Below, in pieces: positions 25,501 through 50,657 of a DNA stretch of 64,000 bases (within the stretch, counting starts at the first letter, position 1; each line of letters starts with the position of its first letter). Location of the stretch: positions 1 to 64,000 of the forward strand of contig NW_026940777.1 of the NCBI RefSeq assembly GCF_032062105.1, read 5' to 3'. The DNA comes from Saccostrea cucullata. Taxonomy: Eukaryota. Below the pieces are notes generated by a model. The model had not been told where the DNA came from, ran no database searches, and worked only from the letters and a program-made list of their open reading frames with translations. The translations under genes and the position numbers were made by a program.

Positions 25501-27738
25501 TGACATTTTTTTTCATTGTTAACCTCCTTCGACACAATATTACATGTACGTTTTCAAATTAAGTAACAATTCAAAAACATTAACATTTCTTATATGTATC
25601 TAATACTATTATTTTTATTGTATCTGTCTTCCTTACTTGCTCATTGAATACAATTCAATCGTTTAAAAAAAATAATTTTGCGAAGAATGTTGCATATTTC
25701 GCTGTGATATTCCCTCTACTAGGCAGTTGTAATACTACTTAGTATTTAATACATTTTATGAATTTAGTATTTAATACATTTTATGAAGTGTAAAAAATAA
25801 TTTACAAATGCGAATTAATAAAATATTGTAATATTAATTTATTTGAAGAAAGATAAAAAAGTAATCTTTAAAAAGAAAGGTAAGTATTTAATTCAAAGAC
25901 ACAGAGGCATTTTACAAATATTTGTCAACTTGGCATACACCTTTAATGTTTGTATTTTAACTATAGACCCATTGGCGATCATTTAAAAATTAATTCATTT
26001 ATAATCTACTTTAAAAGCTAATGTTTGTATATCACCGCTACATATACCTACTACTAATTGCAACATGTTAAGGAATTTAATAATCAAGCGGACACAAAGC
26101 AAGATGTAAGTAAATATTAAAGAAATCATATTTTCAAAAACAACACATATCTTATGTTTCATTCATGTGCACGTAGTTGATATCTCATTAATTGAAAATT
26201 TCAGTGATATGAATTGCATATGCCCCAACAGTAAGAAAAAAAAGAGCTTTAGAATTTTGAACAAAATTTAAAGAATATAAATCCTGTCAAGTAAGACAGC
26301 TTTCTAGAGGATATATTCTAACATGCAAACAGAAAGTAATGGACTCCACCAAGGGCTCTTTTATTGCTTTTTGACATACATTGTAACCTGTTAAATAACC
26401 TTTTTGAATGCATTTTTGGGGGTATAACAATACCATTGTGATTTAAAAGCCACATGAATGACTAAAGGGAAATAGAGGGGTATATTCTGCCATTGTTTTC
26501 ACTGTTGACACGTTTATTGGATATTTGTGTACACTGTACACAGACTGCATTCAATTGTTCCCCGCCCTTTACTTTATACTTGTTAGCTATTCTGTCTTTG
26601 CTAAGGGTCAAAACTCTTCTTTCTTCCTAAGGTCATAGCCAGGTTCTCTGCAATAATTGCGAGTTTTCATTACGACACCTTGATCGTATTCTTTAGAAGT
26701 TCTGGCCTGGGATTAAGGTAGGAAGGCGATATTAAGACGATTTCATCCAATTGCCTCCCTACGGTATTGATAAATTCTTATCTCAAAGTCGATTGTTTTT
26801 CTAAGATTCAGGGCTGCTAAGTCGGTCGCCCTTTTTTATTTCATGTGTATATCCTTAGTTTTCATTGATCTTATTTAAAGGTAAGTTTTTTTTTTTTATT
26901 TTTGCAAGCAGATGCTAAAATCTCTCTCTCCTCTCTTGGTCTCTATCAACCTTCAAAAGTTCAAATAAATTTGTTAACTCTTTTATTTAGGATTTCTTCA
27001 TAATTAATGAAAACAGTCATTGATTATCTAGGATCATTGAACATATACGTTAGGTAGAATTGTTTCATGGTACGGAAGTAGCAGCGATTTTCTTCCACTT
27101 ATTGATGAAACAATTTCTGACTGCTTCCAAATTTAAAAACAATCTTTAGAGACAATCTTATTTTTTTTACTTTGAAAATAGAGATCGAGTGTAACTGTTT
27201 ATTTCATTCAAAAATTGTCAGGAAATATTTCGTTAAAAATATCACACAATCGTTTAAAATACTATAAAATGGTTTACATCCACTATCAAATATCAAAGTA
27301 GGGGAAATGTCGCGTTTCAGAAAATTGTTCATTTTGTTCTTTAATTGAGGAAGTTCACATTATTAAATTATTTGTTAACAAATAATAATTGAATATCTAT
27401 ATTCAGCGGACGTGATTAAATTGCAAGTTTCGATTTTCTCTTATTTATAAAAGCAAAATCCATTTATTTACGTTGTAATTGCCTTTTATTTTGTCAACAT
27501 ATACAGTATACTTCAGCATAAGGTCTTTCATTATATTTGTCATTGCATTTGTTATACCCTGATTTAAATGCACATTCCTAACATGATGTTAATATAGTGT
27601 ATTCCCTTTACTTGCAGATTCCATGATTTTTGCCTTTATTTGTTCTGCTGTTGAAGACGGTCGATCCTGATCATAAACCCAAATATTTACCATCGATTAA
27701 TGCCACAATGAATACATAAACCAAGCTCTGAGTAAATT

Positions 27739-29606
27739 ATGAAGTACGATCAAACAAAACGTAAAACAAAAGGCATCGGAAAAGTTAAACTTCTTGAAGA
27801 GCGAAAGAATTACAAAAACAAAAGAAAAGGAGATGGTCAACAGGTGCCTGAGACTGAGGATGGTAACCAAGGAAGTGACGTTGAATGCTTCGATGACGAC
27901 GAGGAGGCAAAGGAGACATCTCAACAAAAAGAGGGGTACCTGCATGACAACGTGGCTACTTTAGCTTTGCAAAATGTAAATTTTCCTCGCGGAATTCTGT
28001 GCAGTGGATGTTCCAAAATCGGCGTTTATGACAAAGATTTAAATGATGTACAACGCAATGCTGAGCAACTGAAGGACAGAGAAAGTGATAGTCGGGAAAA
28101 ATGTTCTATTTGTCAAACTCTGGGGACAAAGGTCAATCACCAAGACAACATCCGATCGTCTGTACTTTACTCTCACGAGTTTTATGACAAGTTTTCTCGA
28201 GACAAACGTCCTGCATGTTTGACCGATTCTGGTGAATCTATGACAAGGGAAAATTCGACATTAAAAATTGAAAGTGCAAGACTGCAAATAGGAGATAGAA
28301 AAAATGACCGTCTGCAAAGGGAAAAATCAATAGATCATACAGAGCAATGTAGATCTAGTAGAAAAATGTCCGTAAATAGTGTTAAGGCCTCAGGACAGCA
28401 ACAGCAAAAGATGGAACAAGGTGGACAGGAAACCACCAAACTGTCGTCTGCAAATCCAGGAGGGAACGCATCAAGTAGTGTAAAAGATTATAGTGTTCTT
28501 AAAGTGAAACAAACTTCAAAGGAAAACAAAACTGTTGATAGATCTCAAAAATTTGAAGAGTGCAATAAAAAGACAACGAAAAACGAACAAATACCTGAAA
28601 ATGTACCAAGTAACGGTAACATGCTTCCAGATCTTGTAAATAAAATTACATTGGTAGATTCAGAGAAATGTGAATACAGTGAAAAAAGTGCCGTTCACAC
28701 GAAAAGGAAATGTCCAGAGGAAAGATCGGTTAAATGTGAATCGCCAGTTCCAACATTCCAACAACCAAAGAAGATACCGAAAACTTCCGACAGTCGGCGA
28801 TCTTTTATTTTGGCAGCCACAAGAAGACATGCGGAGGGATTTTCTAGTTTATACATGAAACGCGCAATGAAAGGAAGTACTGTTCGCAAAGATGCCTGGA
28901 AAAATAATGGGGACATTGAACATCATCATCATCACGAAGGTGAGTGAGTCTAAAAACTTTTAGACTTTAGTTTTTAAACTTTGGAATTATATATAATTGA
29001 ACAGCATTTAAGCACTAGCTGTTTTTTCTATACAAATCAGACGCGCACACTTTCTTCTTGTATTGCATTTTATTCATTTATTTCAAATCAAAACGCATTA
29101 CTTGTTCACATGGATAATTCGTTTTGTATAATTTATAAATTATCGCTGTTTTAGGGATTGTGTTTCAAAACTACGTATGTGTAATGTAGTAATTATCATT
29201 ACAAAATTTTACAATTCATAGCAACACTAAAAAATTGTTGTGATCTTATTTGTTTGCAAGTCCACAATGTACCGTATGTCATCGACACGTCTTTTAGTAT
29301 ACATTGTCACCCCTCCCCCCAAAAAATCATTTACAACATGAAAGATTATATAAAGAAACGTCTTTGACAAGACCATTATTTTTACAATGTATCGTTTCAG
29401 AGAAGTACACTGTTGAAAGCCTCGGTCTGACTTTTGGAATTCCGGAATTCAACCTTCGCTTGGCGGGACGAACCGTGAAGAAAACTTCCGGATCACCAAG
29501 AAGACCGGAAAGCCACAGATCAAGTGCGAGTTCGACTTCCCAAACTTTCTTACCACCTATTGGAGAAACACAGAGACATTCTTTTTCTCTTAAAGGATTT
29601 GGATAA
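27739..29606 (+). CDS. Uncharacterised, mostly low-complexity/disordered protein; coding exons 27739-28939 and 29401-29606
   Basis: 402-aa ORF ends at donor GAAG|gtgagt after His5; acceptor ttcag|ag at 29400 continues in frame to ..FLPPIGE..KGFG*; AATAAA ~29643/29661; probable 5' UTR exons near 23.0 kb, 24748-24792 and from 27618. Confidence 0.7.
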
Positions 29607-30951
29607 ATCCAGGCAATCTACTTTAGTCATGTTCGTTGTCAGAATAAAGTGTAAATAAATAATAAAGTTAATTAAATTCAGTATCGAATTTTCTTTTCTC
29701 ATATTTTTAAGCCTTTTTTCGCGTCAAGCAATTCTGGAGTAACATGCAATTAATATGATAGATAAACGTTTCTAGTCTGTTGCAATTTACATGAACAAAT
29801 CATAAAGTTGGTATAATGTTGATGTTAGCATGTTTCTCTCGTAAAGATACATTTTATTAAAAGGTAATTAAATGAGTACACCCAATCAATAAAGACAATT
29901 TCCTTAATAAATTCATTCTGCTATGCAAATTTATTGAAAGTAAGCAGCAAAAATATTTAATAAATGTATACAGATGGAATAAAAGCAAAAACATTTTAAC
30001 AACTTGTCCTTTCATCAGAGATAAAAGGGAAAGTGGAACTCCTAACTCTTTAAAGATGTAAGGATCTGATAAAGGTCGGGCTGCCTTTAATGTATCTCTT
30101 TCGTACTAAATGACTATTGCCAGAATTCTTTGTTTTATTGAATTTTATTCTCTTTGGTTATTTCTCGGTCGCTAGGTTTAAATATGCAAGGCATTAATTT
30201 ATTTTCTTAGCCTGTCATCTCTAAAAGATTTTACTTTCAATGTGACACTTGGAAGGAGAGGACATTCTAAAAGAATTCACCGGGTTGCTGAGAGACTTCA
30301 GAAAGCGAACGTTTCTTTGGGGGTAAAGTTTCTCTTTTTAATTTACGGTAGTGGGATTTTAATGCGCTATTCCCATGAACTTGAGACTGGAATTCCAACA
30401 AAGGAGGAACCAATTGTGTTACATTACATTACCCGTAAAGTGGTTACTAGAGCCTTGTTTACTTACGAGAGACGATTGTCCGTTCTTGTTTATCCTGACA
30501 AATTAAAAACAAATACTTTTTACATTATATGTATATGAATTTGTTTCCCGTTCACAAAAGTTATATCCTTGTTTGTTCCCTGCTGAACTTTCCCGTGATT
30601 TGGTTGGCTATACAGTGCATTATTCACCTCTGCGTACACAATGGTCAGATATTAAGGGATTTTAGTACATCTATTTAATTCGCATTTCATACCACTGACA
30701 TCAAATTTAAAATTCGGTTGTGACAGACATTTTTGTTTGCGTCCTTATAACTGTGGTTTGTAAATTTTTATCTTTTCGATTTTTAAGTGACAAAAAACAG
30801 GGGAGTCCTTTTTCTTAATCTTGAGGATTTGCCGAGATTAACGGTGTGTTTCCTCTTTTGTATACCGCACGTTCAAATAACAGACATATATATAATTCTA
30901 CGGCCGTTTCGTAGAGTGTCATTTCGTTAACTTGGTACAGAATGAACAAAC

Positions 30952-31452
30952 ATGTTGCTTTCTAATCTAAGTAAAGGCCTGGCAGAAATAAGATCCACGG
31001 GCTATGGCGAAAGGGTGGAAATCACCACCGAACGTGACAGGAGCAGACGATCTAGTCGCATCCCTCACGAGAGACTTCGAAGAAATTCTCCAAATAAAGT
31101 CCCAGATGTTTCAGATGCAACCATCAACAGGAACAAGTATCCTCTGAGTCTCCCAAAGACGTTCACAACAAGAAAAGGACCTTTGGTTTTATATACGGAT
31201 AGCTGCCAGCCATCTGTTTCAGAGGGCGACATCTGGAGCAGACAACAAACAGAATCACACAATTTAAACTCCTTGAAATTAAATTTTTACCTCCAAAGTG
31301 GCAAATCGTCTGGGAGTAGCGGAGCCAGTGTCTCTAGAAAATTACAAGCACCGACTGTTGTGTCGTTTGCTGAGGCTGTCCTTAACTTTGATCATTCTAA
31401 AATTCGAAACAAAAACGGTTTAGCGGGCAGTGATGGATATAAAAGAAAATGA
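30952..31452 (+). CDS. 166-aa intronless protein resembling the KIAA2012 N-terminal region
   Basis: LSNLSKG..RVEI, LSLPKTFTTRKGPLVLYT and TVVSFAEAVLNF recall human KIAA2012 LSLLSRG..KLEV, LFLPKTFSTRKGALILYS and TLQDLKEAILAY (recalled, not searched). Confidence 0.6.
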   Translation: MLLSNLSKGLAEIRSTGYGERVEITTERDRSRRSSRIPHERLRRNSPNKVPDVSDATINRNKYPLSLPKTFTTRKGPLVLYTDSCQPSVSEGDIWSRQQTESHNLNSLKLNFYLQSGKSSGSSGASVSRKLQAPTVVSFAEAVLNFDHSKIRNKNGLAGSDGYKRK

Positions 31453-32389
31453 CGATATTGGAAGAAAAGAACATACATTGTAAAGCTTTCGAAACTTGGT
31501 GCACATTGTATATACGCTGGGATCTTCATTGTATAGAATGTAAACTACCAAGCACATCTAGTTATACGATGTAGTGACATGTACTTGGTTACAGTATTTT
31601 AGACATTATTCATGCTTAAGATTTTAGAATAGTTTCATGAGATGAAACTTCTATCAAAACATGAAATTCGTTCCTCCGTATTAAGTGTTTAGATTTTTTA
31701 AAAACAAAGTTGGAAGGATTTACTGTTTTACCTCTGTATTATCAAAACACATAACTTAATTAGCATATGGAACTTTAAAGAGAAAGCGTGTTCCATTAGT
31801 CAAAAAAATCTTTTATTTCTATAAAAATACATAGATTTACTCAAGTGAAAATTTTATTTAAATTATTTTGTTTACGTCTGCTATATGTTTGCAAGGATTC
31901 ATAAAACTTTTCCTTCGATAAAGTGAAATTGGAAGGATTGATATTGCCTTTTTTGAATTAGCAATTCTGGATATGAAAGACGATGTATTGATTTAAGAAA
32001 GTAAAAATAACTTAAATGTTGTTTTCCGTAAGGAAGGAGTTTTTTTTATATAAATATATCTGTTTGTGCTTTACTGTCAGCAAGTAATGCGGGAAAAGAT
32101 GACTGTGTTCTCGATATGGAAAACAGGACGTTTACAAGATTCGGAGGCAGATCTTCTTGAGTAAGGAGTGTGACTGGGATTTTTCCCTTTGGATTTTTAT
32201 GTTTTTGCTTACTTTTTGCAAATTTCCAGAATGTTTTATTAATATTTGCACTCAAGAAGAAGTTTGTTTAATGTTTCTTTATTTCAATTTTGATATATTA
32301 TGAAGATAAGTTACCTGACCTTAATACTTATATCGCTGCCAGAAAAACGTTTACATTTATGGGTATGATAACATCTCTAAATTTTTTAA

Positions 32390-32580
32390 TGGAAGGTACA
32401 AAAACTTACCCAAAAACCGAACTGAATGCATGTTCATTTTGTAATGCACAAGAAAAATTAAATGATGAATTTCATTTTGTTTTGTTGTGCCCGACATTTT
32501 TTGATATACTTAAAAATAAAATATTATGCCTTATAATTATAAAATCAGTCAAGCAGAAGCTTTGTAAAAAATGCTGAAAA
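32390..32580 (+). mobile_element. 3' fragment of LINE ORF2 (CCHC zinc-binding tail)
   Basis: CSFCN..LNDEFHFVLLCP matches the CxxC...DEFHFxxxCP motif after the RT of non-LTR retrotransposons. Confidence 0.65.
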
Positions 32581-33189
32581 AATCATTTTAATTGATGAGT
32601 TTGATATTAATGGTAAAAATGTTTGTTAATATTCTTATTCATACCAATTTTTCTTCAGACTCTCTCTCTCTCTCTCTCTCTCTCTGATCTATACCTATAC
32701 CATACATTTACAATTAGTTGTCAATCATATATACAAGACTGATTACAATTAAACAGCATTTTGTGATGAGAGACTCTTTAATAAAATACTTTCCTAAGAT
32801 CTGTGCATAGTTTTATAACGTTTGTTTTTATTTAAGACAGTTTTTTTGTACATTTCGTGTAATAATGCATTTTTGCTGATCATATAAGGCTGATCTTAAT
32901 AGGCCTAGTTTTACATTATCCTATATTTGTACAAAAAAAAAATGACTATATCTCCGTGCAAAAATTCTTATTTGAAAATCAGTTTGACAGGTAAATTGAA
33001 TCTCTCGATTGTAGTCATCAATCCGAAGTTTTAAAATTTTTATTAAAAAACCTCCTGTATATATTTATTTTGATAACATGATGATGACATAAGTATAATT
33101 GAAAATGTTAAATATAAAACTCTTTCTGGTAGAAAAAATCGTATATTGTCAATTTTGAATTGTAACACTTGATGCACAATATGTTTGTT

Positions 33190-33985
33190 ACCTTTTAGAT
33201 ATTAACTGTTCAGATAACACCACATGTTTCCTTTACTGAAGGAAGAACATTAAAAATTGAAAAATACAAAGCACACCTGCATGATACCTTTTTGTTAAAA
33301 TGTAAATCGAAAAAATGATTTCATTTTCAATATAATCAAATATTTTACCACAGGGTTGGTATCCTGCATTCATAAACAAGATTGAAAATCCTCCACAATA
33401 TTTTGATGTCAATTTTGAAGTACTTGAAAAGAAGATTTTAAAACCTATATACTTGTAAAATAAAGCGGGGGTCATGAAAACAAACGCAATGTGTTTGTTA
33501 TCTTTCCTGGCCCAGTGGTTCTGGAGATGATTTTTAAAGATTTTTCCTATATATTCCTATGTAAAACTGCGGGGGTCATGATAACAAACCACATGTTTCC
33601 ATGAGTTTATCTTTCTTTGGCCAGTGGTTCTGGAGAAGAAGATTTTTAAAGATTTTTCCTATATAATGTAAAATTAGAAATTGAAAAATACAAATTAAGG
33701 ACACCTGCATGACACTTTTTTGTTAAAGTGATTTTTAAAGATTTTTCCTATATATTCCTATGTAAAACGTACGGCCATTTTCTGCCCCGGGGGTCATGTG
33801 AACAAACTTGAATCTACACTTCCATTTCAGATTTCATTTTCAAGATTTTTATCTTTTCTATATATTCAAATATTTCCATTTGAACAAACCTACCACAGGG
33901 CTTCCACAATATCATCTTTCCTGGCCCAGAAGAAGATTTTTTAAAAAAAATTTTTAACAAATAAATTTGGAAAAGGGTGTGGCCC

Positions 33986-34019
<34 letters not shown>

Positions 34020-34037
34020 TCTTTGTAATGTCTTCCT

Positions 34038-34068
<31 letters not shown>

Positions 34069-34104
34069 ACGACGACGACGACAACAACAACGACAACCCC
34101 GGAC

Positions 34105-34143
<39 letters not shown>
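33190..34143 (+). mobile_element. Helentron/HINE-type element with internal satellite-like repeats
   Basis: Repeated ggcccagtggttctggagaagaagatttttaaagatttttcctatata units, an (ACG/ACA)n microsatellite and the 3' hairpin agctcacttgagcc-ttc-ggctcaggtgagct. Confidence 0.75.
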
Positions 34144-34144
<1 letters not shown>

Positions 34145-34631
34145 TATAAAAAAAAAATTAAAAACAAAAAAAAATTAAAAAAGAGCTTACATTCAATTTA
34201 GAAGTTCTTTTCGCTCTTTCTTGAAATTGACATAAATCTGTAATAAAGTAATAAAATAAATTACAATAATTTAATAAAATTAGCAATCAGCAGGCCCATA
34301 GGCCACAAGGCTTTCCCGGGTCCTTTTGGTTCTGCTTTCATTCTGAACTCCACCTTATCCCCTCTAGGGCATTGATTTGAATATCAGAAGATGCTTGCAT
34401 ATAATTATATGTATCACTAATTTATTATGTCCAACAATTAATTAGTATGAAATTCTGGCCCCACTTACCCACGGGGGGTCATAATTTGAACATACTTGAA
34501 TCTATGCAATCTTAGAATGCTTCATTGTAAATACGTAAAAATGATGAATCATAGCCCCCCTCCCGGTTCTTAAGATTTTTATCCCCTCGCAATGGAGTTG
34601 AAAAGAATAAAATAAGGCACTTGTGCGTTAG

Positions 34632-34703
34632 GGTGTGTGTGTGTGTGTTAGGTGTGTGGGAGTGTGTGTGAGGGAGGGTGTGTGTGTGTGTGTGTGTGTG
34701 TGT
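34632..34703. repeat. (GT)n-rich microsatellite
   Basis: Interrupted GT dinucleotide run. Confidence 0.85.
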
Positions 34704-35937
34704 TAATTTGTCCTTGTGCGAAACGGGGTAATTCGTATCGGGATCAATGTTGAATGCTGTTTTTCTGGCAGCGATAGAAGTATTACGGTCAGATAACTTA
34801 TCTTCATAAATATATAAAAATTGAAATACAAGAAACATCAAACTTCTTTCTGAGTTCGAATATTAATTATACATTCTGGAAGCAATTAACATAAAAATCC
34901 AAAGGGAAAATCCCTGTCACACTCCTTACGAGGGGATGCTCCGTTTTCATCATTTTTCTATGTAAAACGATCACAAAACCCAAAAATAGAATCATCCATC
35001 CCTTACACTTTGTTATAAGAACATTAATATTGTAATGTATGCACTTTCTGTTTCTGCAAGCAGTCTGACTTAATACATGTATGTATTACTTTGCAAAGCT
35101 CTCCATTACACTGATCTGCTGCTTTTTCTATCTCTTTTGTAACTTAATTTCATTTAAAATTTGAAATTTGACCAATCCTTATCAATATCTTGCAAGCTTA
35201 TTACATACATGTAAAAAAGACTAAATTCACTTGCAGATCAAAAAATCACATACGAGTACAGATTAAATTCATTAAAAAAGAAAAAACAATCAACAATATA
35301 AGCTTTGTGTTTTATTACAAAACTAAGCAATTTGCAAATGTCAACAATAATCTTATCTGAACTTTATCCTCTAGTACCCTTAAATAAAATCAATTGGTTT
35401 TTTTCTCATGATTTATATTTATGTTCACAACACATGACCATTCTAAGTTCTATTTCTTTTTAAACAATCCCTGTGGCTATATAAAGTGATGACTAATTTA
35501 CAAGGCAAGAAAAACAAGAAATTTTTTTTTGTTATCCTTAAAGAAGCACTAAAATAAGCACTGTCTCTGTATTATTCTGATAAAACAACAAAACCTTACA
35601 AAAAAATAAAAACAACAGAAATAAGAAAAATTGTAAATATTGTAAAGGCATTTCAAAAACTAACATTGAAGTTCTTTTTAATTTACTCAACATATGTGAA
35701 TATTAATGGAGCAATGGAAATATCAACATTAGTTAAGGTGTACAATTTCTTTTCTTATCATTCAATTTCTTATAAAGCTGTTTTCCTTCATAGTAAAATT
35801 CATACTTATTCATGTACATGTATTTAAAGAACCGTGTTTCCATGTTATTCAAAACAAACCCAACAAAAAGCTGACAGTGCAAATGAGTGCGACATCTACA
35901 AAACTGGAAGCAAGTCTTGTATGATTACAAAAAATTA

Positions 35938-36113
35938 CAGTTCAACTTCAGTATCTCGAACATCGATATCTCAAATACCATGGATATGTCAAAGTGATTT
36001 GAAATTCCCAGCAACTTATTCTTTAAGTATTTCACCCTTGATATCTTGATTCAGCAGATATCTCAAAGTTTTTCATAGGTCCCATCGAGTTTGAGATAAT
36101 GAAAATTTGACTG
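35938..36113. mobile_element. Tc1/mariner(pogo)-type MITE
   Basis: TA|cagttcaacttcagtatctcgaac ... gtttgagataatgaaaatttgactg|TA; a related decayed copy lies at ~38915-39195. Confidence 0.65.
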
Positions 36114-38043
36114 TACTTGCTTACTGGTTGAATGAGGTTCAAATTATTCTCCAGTTCACATAATGCTGTGGGGTCTTATGTTTAAATAATTCAACATATA
36201 TATGGACAATACAACAAAACACTACAACCTAATAACACTCTAAAACACAAAGAACATGTAATCATTCCATACCCCTATCACCCTCATAAAAATCTTAAGA
36301 TTTACTTGCTTTTACCAAGGCCTACATATATTTATAACCAAGAATCAGTGCAGTCACAAAATATAGTTTCTCAGTAATATATTGCTAAATTTTAACACTT
36401 TTTAATAAGGAAAAAATCACTCTTATAAAATGATACAGGATTTACATTTGATTCAGATTAATGGCTAATTAATTAACTACTCACCAAAAGAAAAAAAAAT
36501 GTTAAAAGTCAGTAACACTAATACAATACTAACAAATCGTAGTGAGATTCCTACAGTAGTTGATCCTGTGGGTGTTAGATAACAGCCAATGTTAAGGTTA
36601 GTAGTACCTTAATACTGAGAAAGATGTCCTGGGAATACTGAATGTAAATTTTTGTCCTTCTATTGCCTTCCAACAGCCAGTCTCACTCAGTTCTTGTCAT
36701 ACTATCAGTAGAATGATACAGCTAATCTACTACTGAATTCTACACACAGACATACAAATCAGGAAAGTGTAAAATACATGCTAGAAGACAGTTATATGTT
36801 CATAATTTTTTCTTTACTCCCTACAATGAAATTTATTTTTGTTCATTTTGTTTGTCAGAATGAGATTGCTCAGAGGGATAAATTTCATTTAATCATGTAT
36901 AACATTTAACTTTCATTTTTATTTTGACCTATTTGGCCCAATTTTTAGTAAATATAAAATTAGTACTTGGCTTTTATATCCCTTGACACCAATGTTAGTT
37001 TGGCGATCACTTTGGCAGTGCTTGAATTAATAATAACTTAGAAAAAAAATCAATACACATGTTTGTCATATTCCTTCTGATTGTATCCTGTTAATATATT
37101 GTAAATACATATTGTTTAATGTGTATCTTATTCTTCAAAGTACATCTATCTATTAAATAGACATAAACTAAAACATGCATATATATACACATTGTTAATT
37201 TGTTACATTCTTAAATGACAATTAACAAGAATCATCTACAGACACAGAAATTGCTTCATATTACATGTAAACCGGTATTCACAAAATCTGGACACACATA
37301 ATTTAGTTAGATTTACAAAACTTGAATTTTGAATATAAAGAGAAAATGACCTAACTTGAATCATTATGCAGAGTTCTCAGAATACCAGCATCTCAGATCT
37401 TTTAATAATAGAAAAAAATTATTTATTTTGACTGATGCTCGAGTAAAATTATGCCAGAACAGTATGTCAGATGGTCGCGGAAGTTTGATAAAAATTGAAA
37501 CACATAAAAGCAAAAAGACATTTAGCATGGTACATATATAGAAAACAAATACATGGTAAGCATATCTGGTACTAAAATAATTCAAACAAATTGTTTACAC
37601 AGACATATTGTTCTCTGGTCACAGTAATGCATTTCAAACATGTCACTAAAGATGAACTCTTCAAAAAATATATATGAATGGAAACTTTTGTTAAATTATT
37701 CTACATGTATACTTTAAATAAATCTTACATCATCACCAGCAATATTGTTGTTATGGAACTAATCACAGCACAAGCAAACCAAGTCAATGAAACCATAGAT
37801 ATGTTGTAAGTTGAGTTTGAAACAGTTATGACAAAGGAGTATATTGTAAGAACTAAGAAATACATTGCAAAACAATATCAACAACAATTATATTATTTCC
37901 TTCAACAAATTTGAAACCACGGTGGATAGAAACAAATAAACATAAACTAATAACACTGTGCTTTCCCCTTCACAGGTCTAGGTAATTCTTCAATTTTTTA
38001 TAAATAAATTTTTTCTTAAATTGTTAACCTAAAATGTTTACAT

Positions 38044-49426
<11,383 letters not shown>

Positions 49427-49962
49427 TTTCTCCGCCTACCAACTTGAACTTCTCCTACTCTTCAGGGAGACGCTTCACAGTGTCGAAATCTTTCGAATGT
49501 TTGTCGGATTGCATAACGTTCAAAACCTTTAATCAGTTGATTCAAAAATGTCCAAAAAAAAATTTAATATTAAATTCTGAAAGAAAAAATTTTTTAAAAA
49601 TATACGTATATTTCATTGAACCCTTTTACTAATCTGTGAGTTAAAAAAAAATTGCCAGGTTTTATCCGGATTTTAAGAAGTTGACTGTTGTTAGTCTCAA
49701 TGTTAGAACCTTTCAATAGTGTTCCCGTGTAAACAAAGCTGTTAATTTTGAAGGCCTACGAACAAAATCACATCAATTTATACAAGGGTAAAATACTTGC
49801 AAATATAAAATCTTAAGAAATATTTTTTTCTCTGTGCAAAAATACAACATTTAATTTAATGCATAAATTCATCAGCAGAGAAAAGAATATTTGCATGGTG
49901 GTCGTAGCGTGCTGGAGCCTAAAACATGTAAAAACTAAAAAAAAAAAAAAGGTTGGGACTAA

Positions 49963-50657
49963 CAGGTCTGGTACAATCACTAGATTTAGCTATGTAGCTT
50001 GATTTATCTACTTAGCTTTATTTACTTACCTGAGGTAGCTTTATTTAGCTACCAAATCAATTTTTTTTATTAAAAAAAAAAACATTTTTCTCAGGGTGTG
50101 CAGAAAATTTCATTTTGATGCATTGATCATTTTTAACTTTGAACTCATCTAAAACAATTCATGAAAAAATCACTCTTGAAGAAATGTCTTTTTCTGCGCA
50201 ATTGCAATCAAAGTTCTGAAAGTTTTGGGGCTATGTATGACAGTTAGAACACTTATTCCTTGAATGAAATGACAAAGAAGTTCAGTTCCGGTTAACATGA
50301 TAATAGGTCGGTAATTATTCAGCACATTGTGAAGCAAAAATACTCAGTCATGCCTCACTGCACGTAAGAGAGAGGACAGTTACCCAAAAAATGGAATTGC
50401 ATGTTTTGCTCTAAATTGTCCAAATGCAGCAATGTATAAAGTATCTCTGCTTTGGATTGTTTTTTTTAAACCTCCCTAATATAAGTATTAACATGATTAA
50501 TAGTCATTTAATTGCGATTTTTTGTCTCTTTTTAATAAAAAGAAAAAAATTGAAAAGTTGCATTGAAATAGCTAAACAAAGCTACCTGAGATAGGTAAAT
50601 TAAGCTACGTAGGTAATTCTACCTTTGTAGCTAAATCTAGTGATTGTACTTGACCTG
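49963..50657. mobile_element. MITE with ~30-bp TIRs and subterminal tagct repeats
   Basis: caggtctggtacaatcactagatttagcta ... tagctaaatctagtgattgtacttgacctg; flanks actaa/actta. Confidence 0.7.

Larger units (their letters stand above)
32161..34929. repeat. ~190-bp inverted repeat pair (32161-32348 and 34759-34929)
   Basis: gtaaggagtgtgactgggatttttccctttggatttttatg...tatcgctgccagaaaaac is mirrored by gtttttctggcagcgata...ccaaagggaaaatccctgtcacactccttac. Confidence 0.8.
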
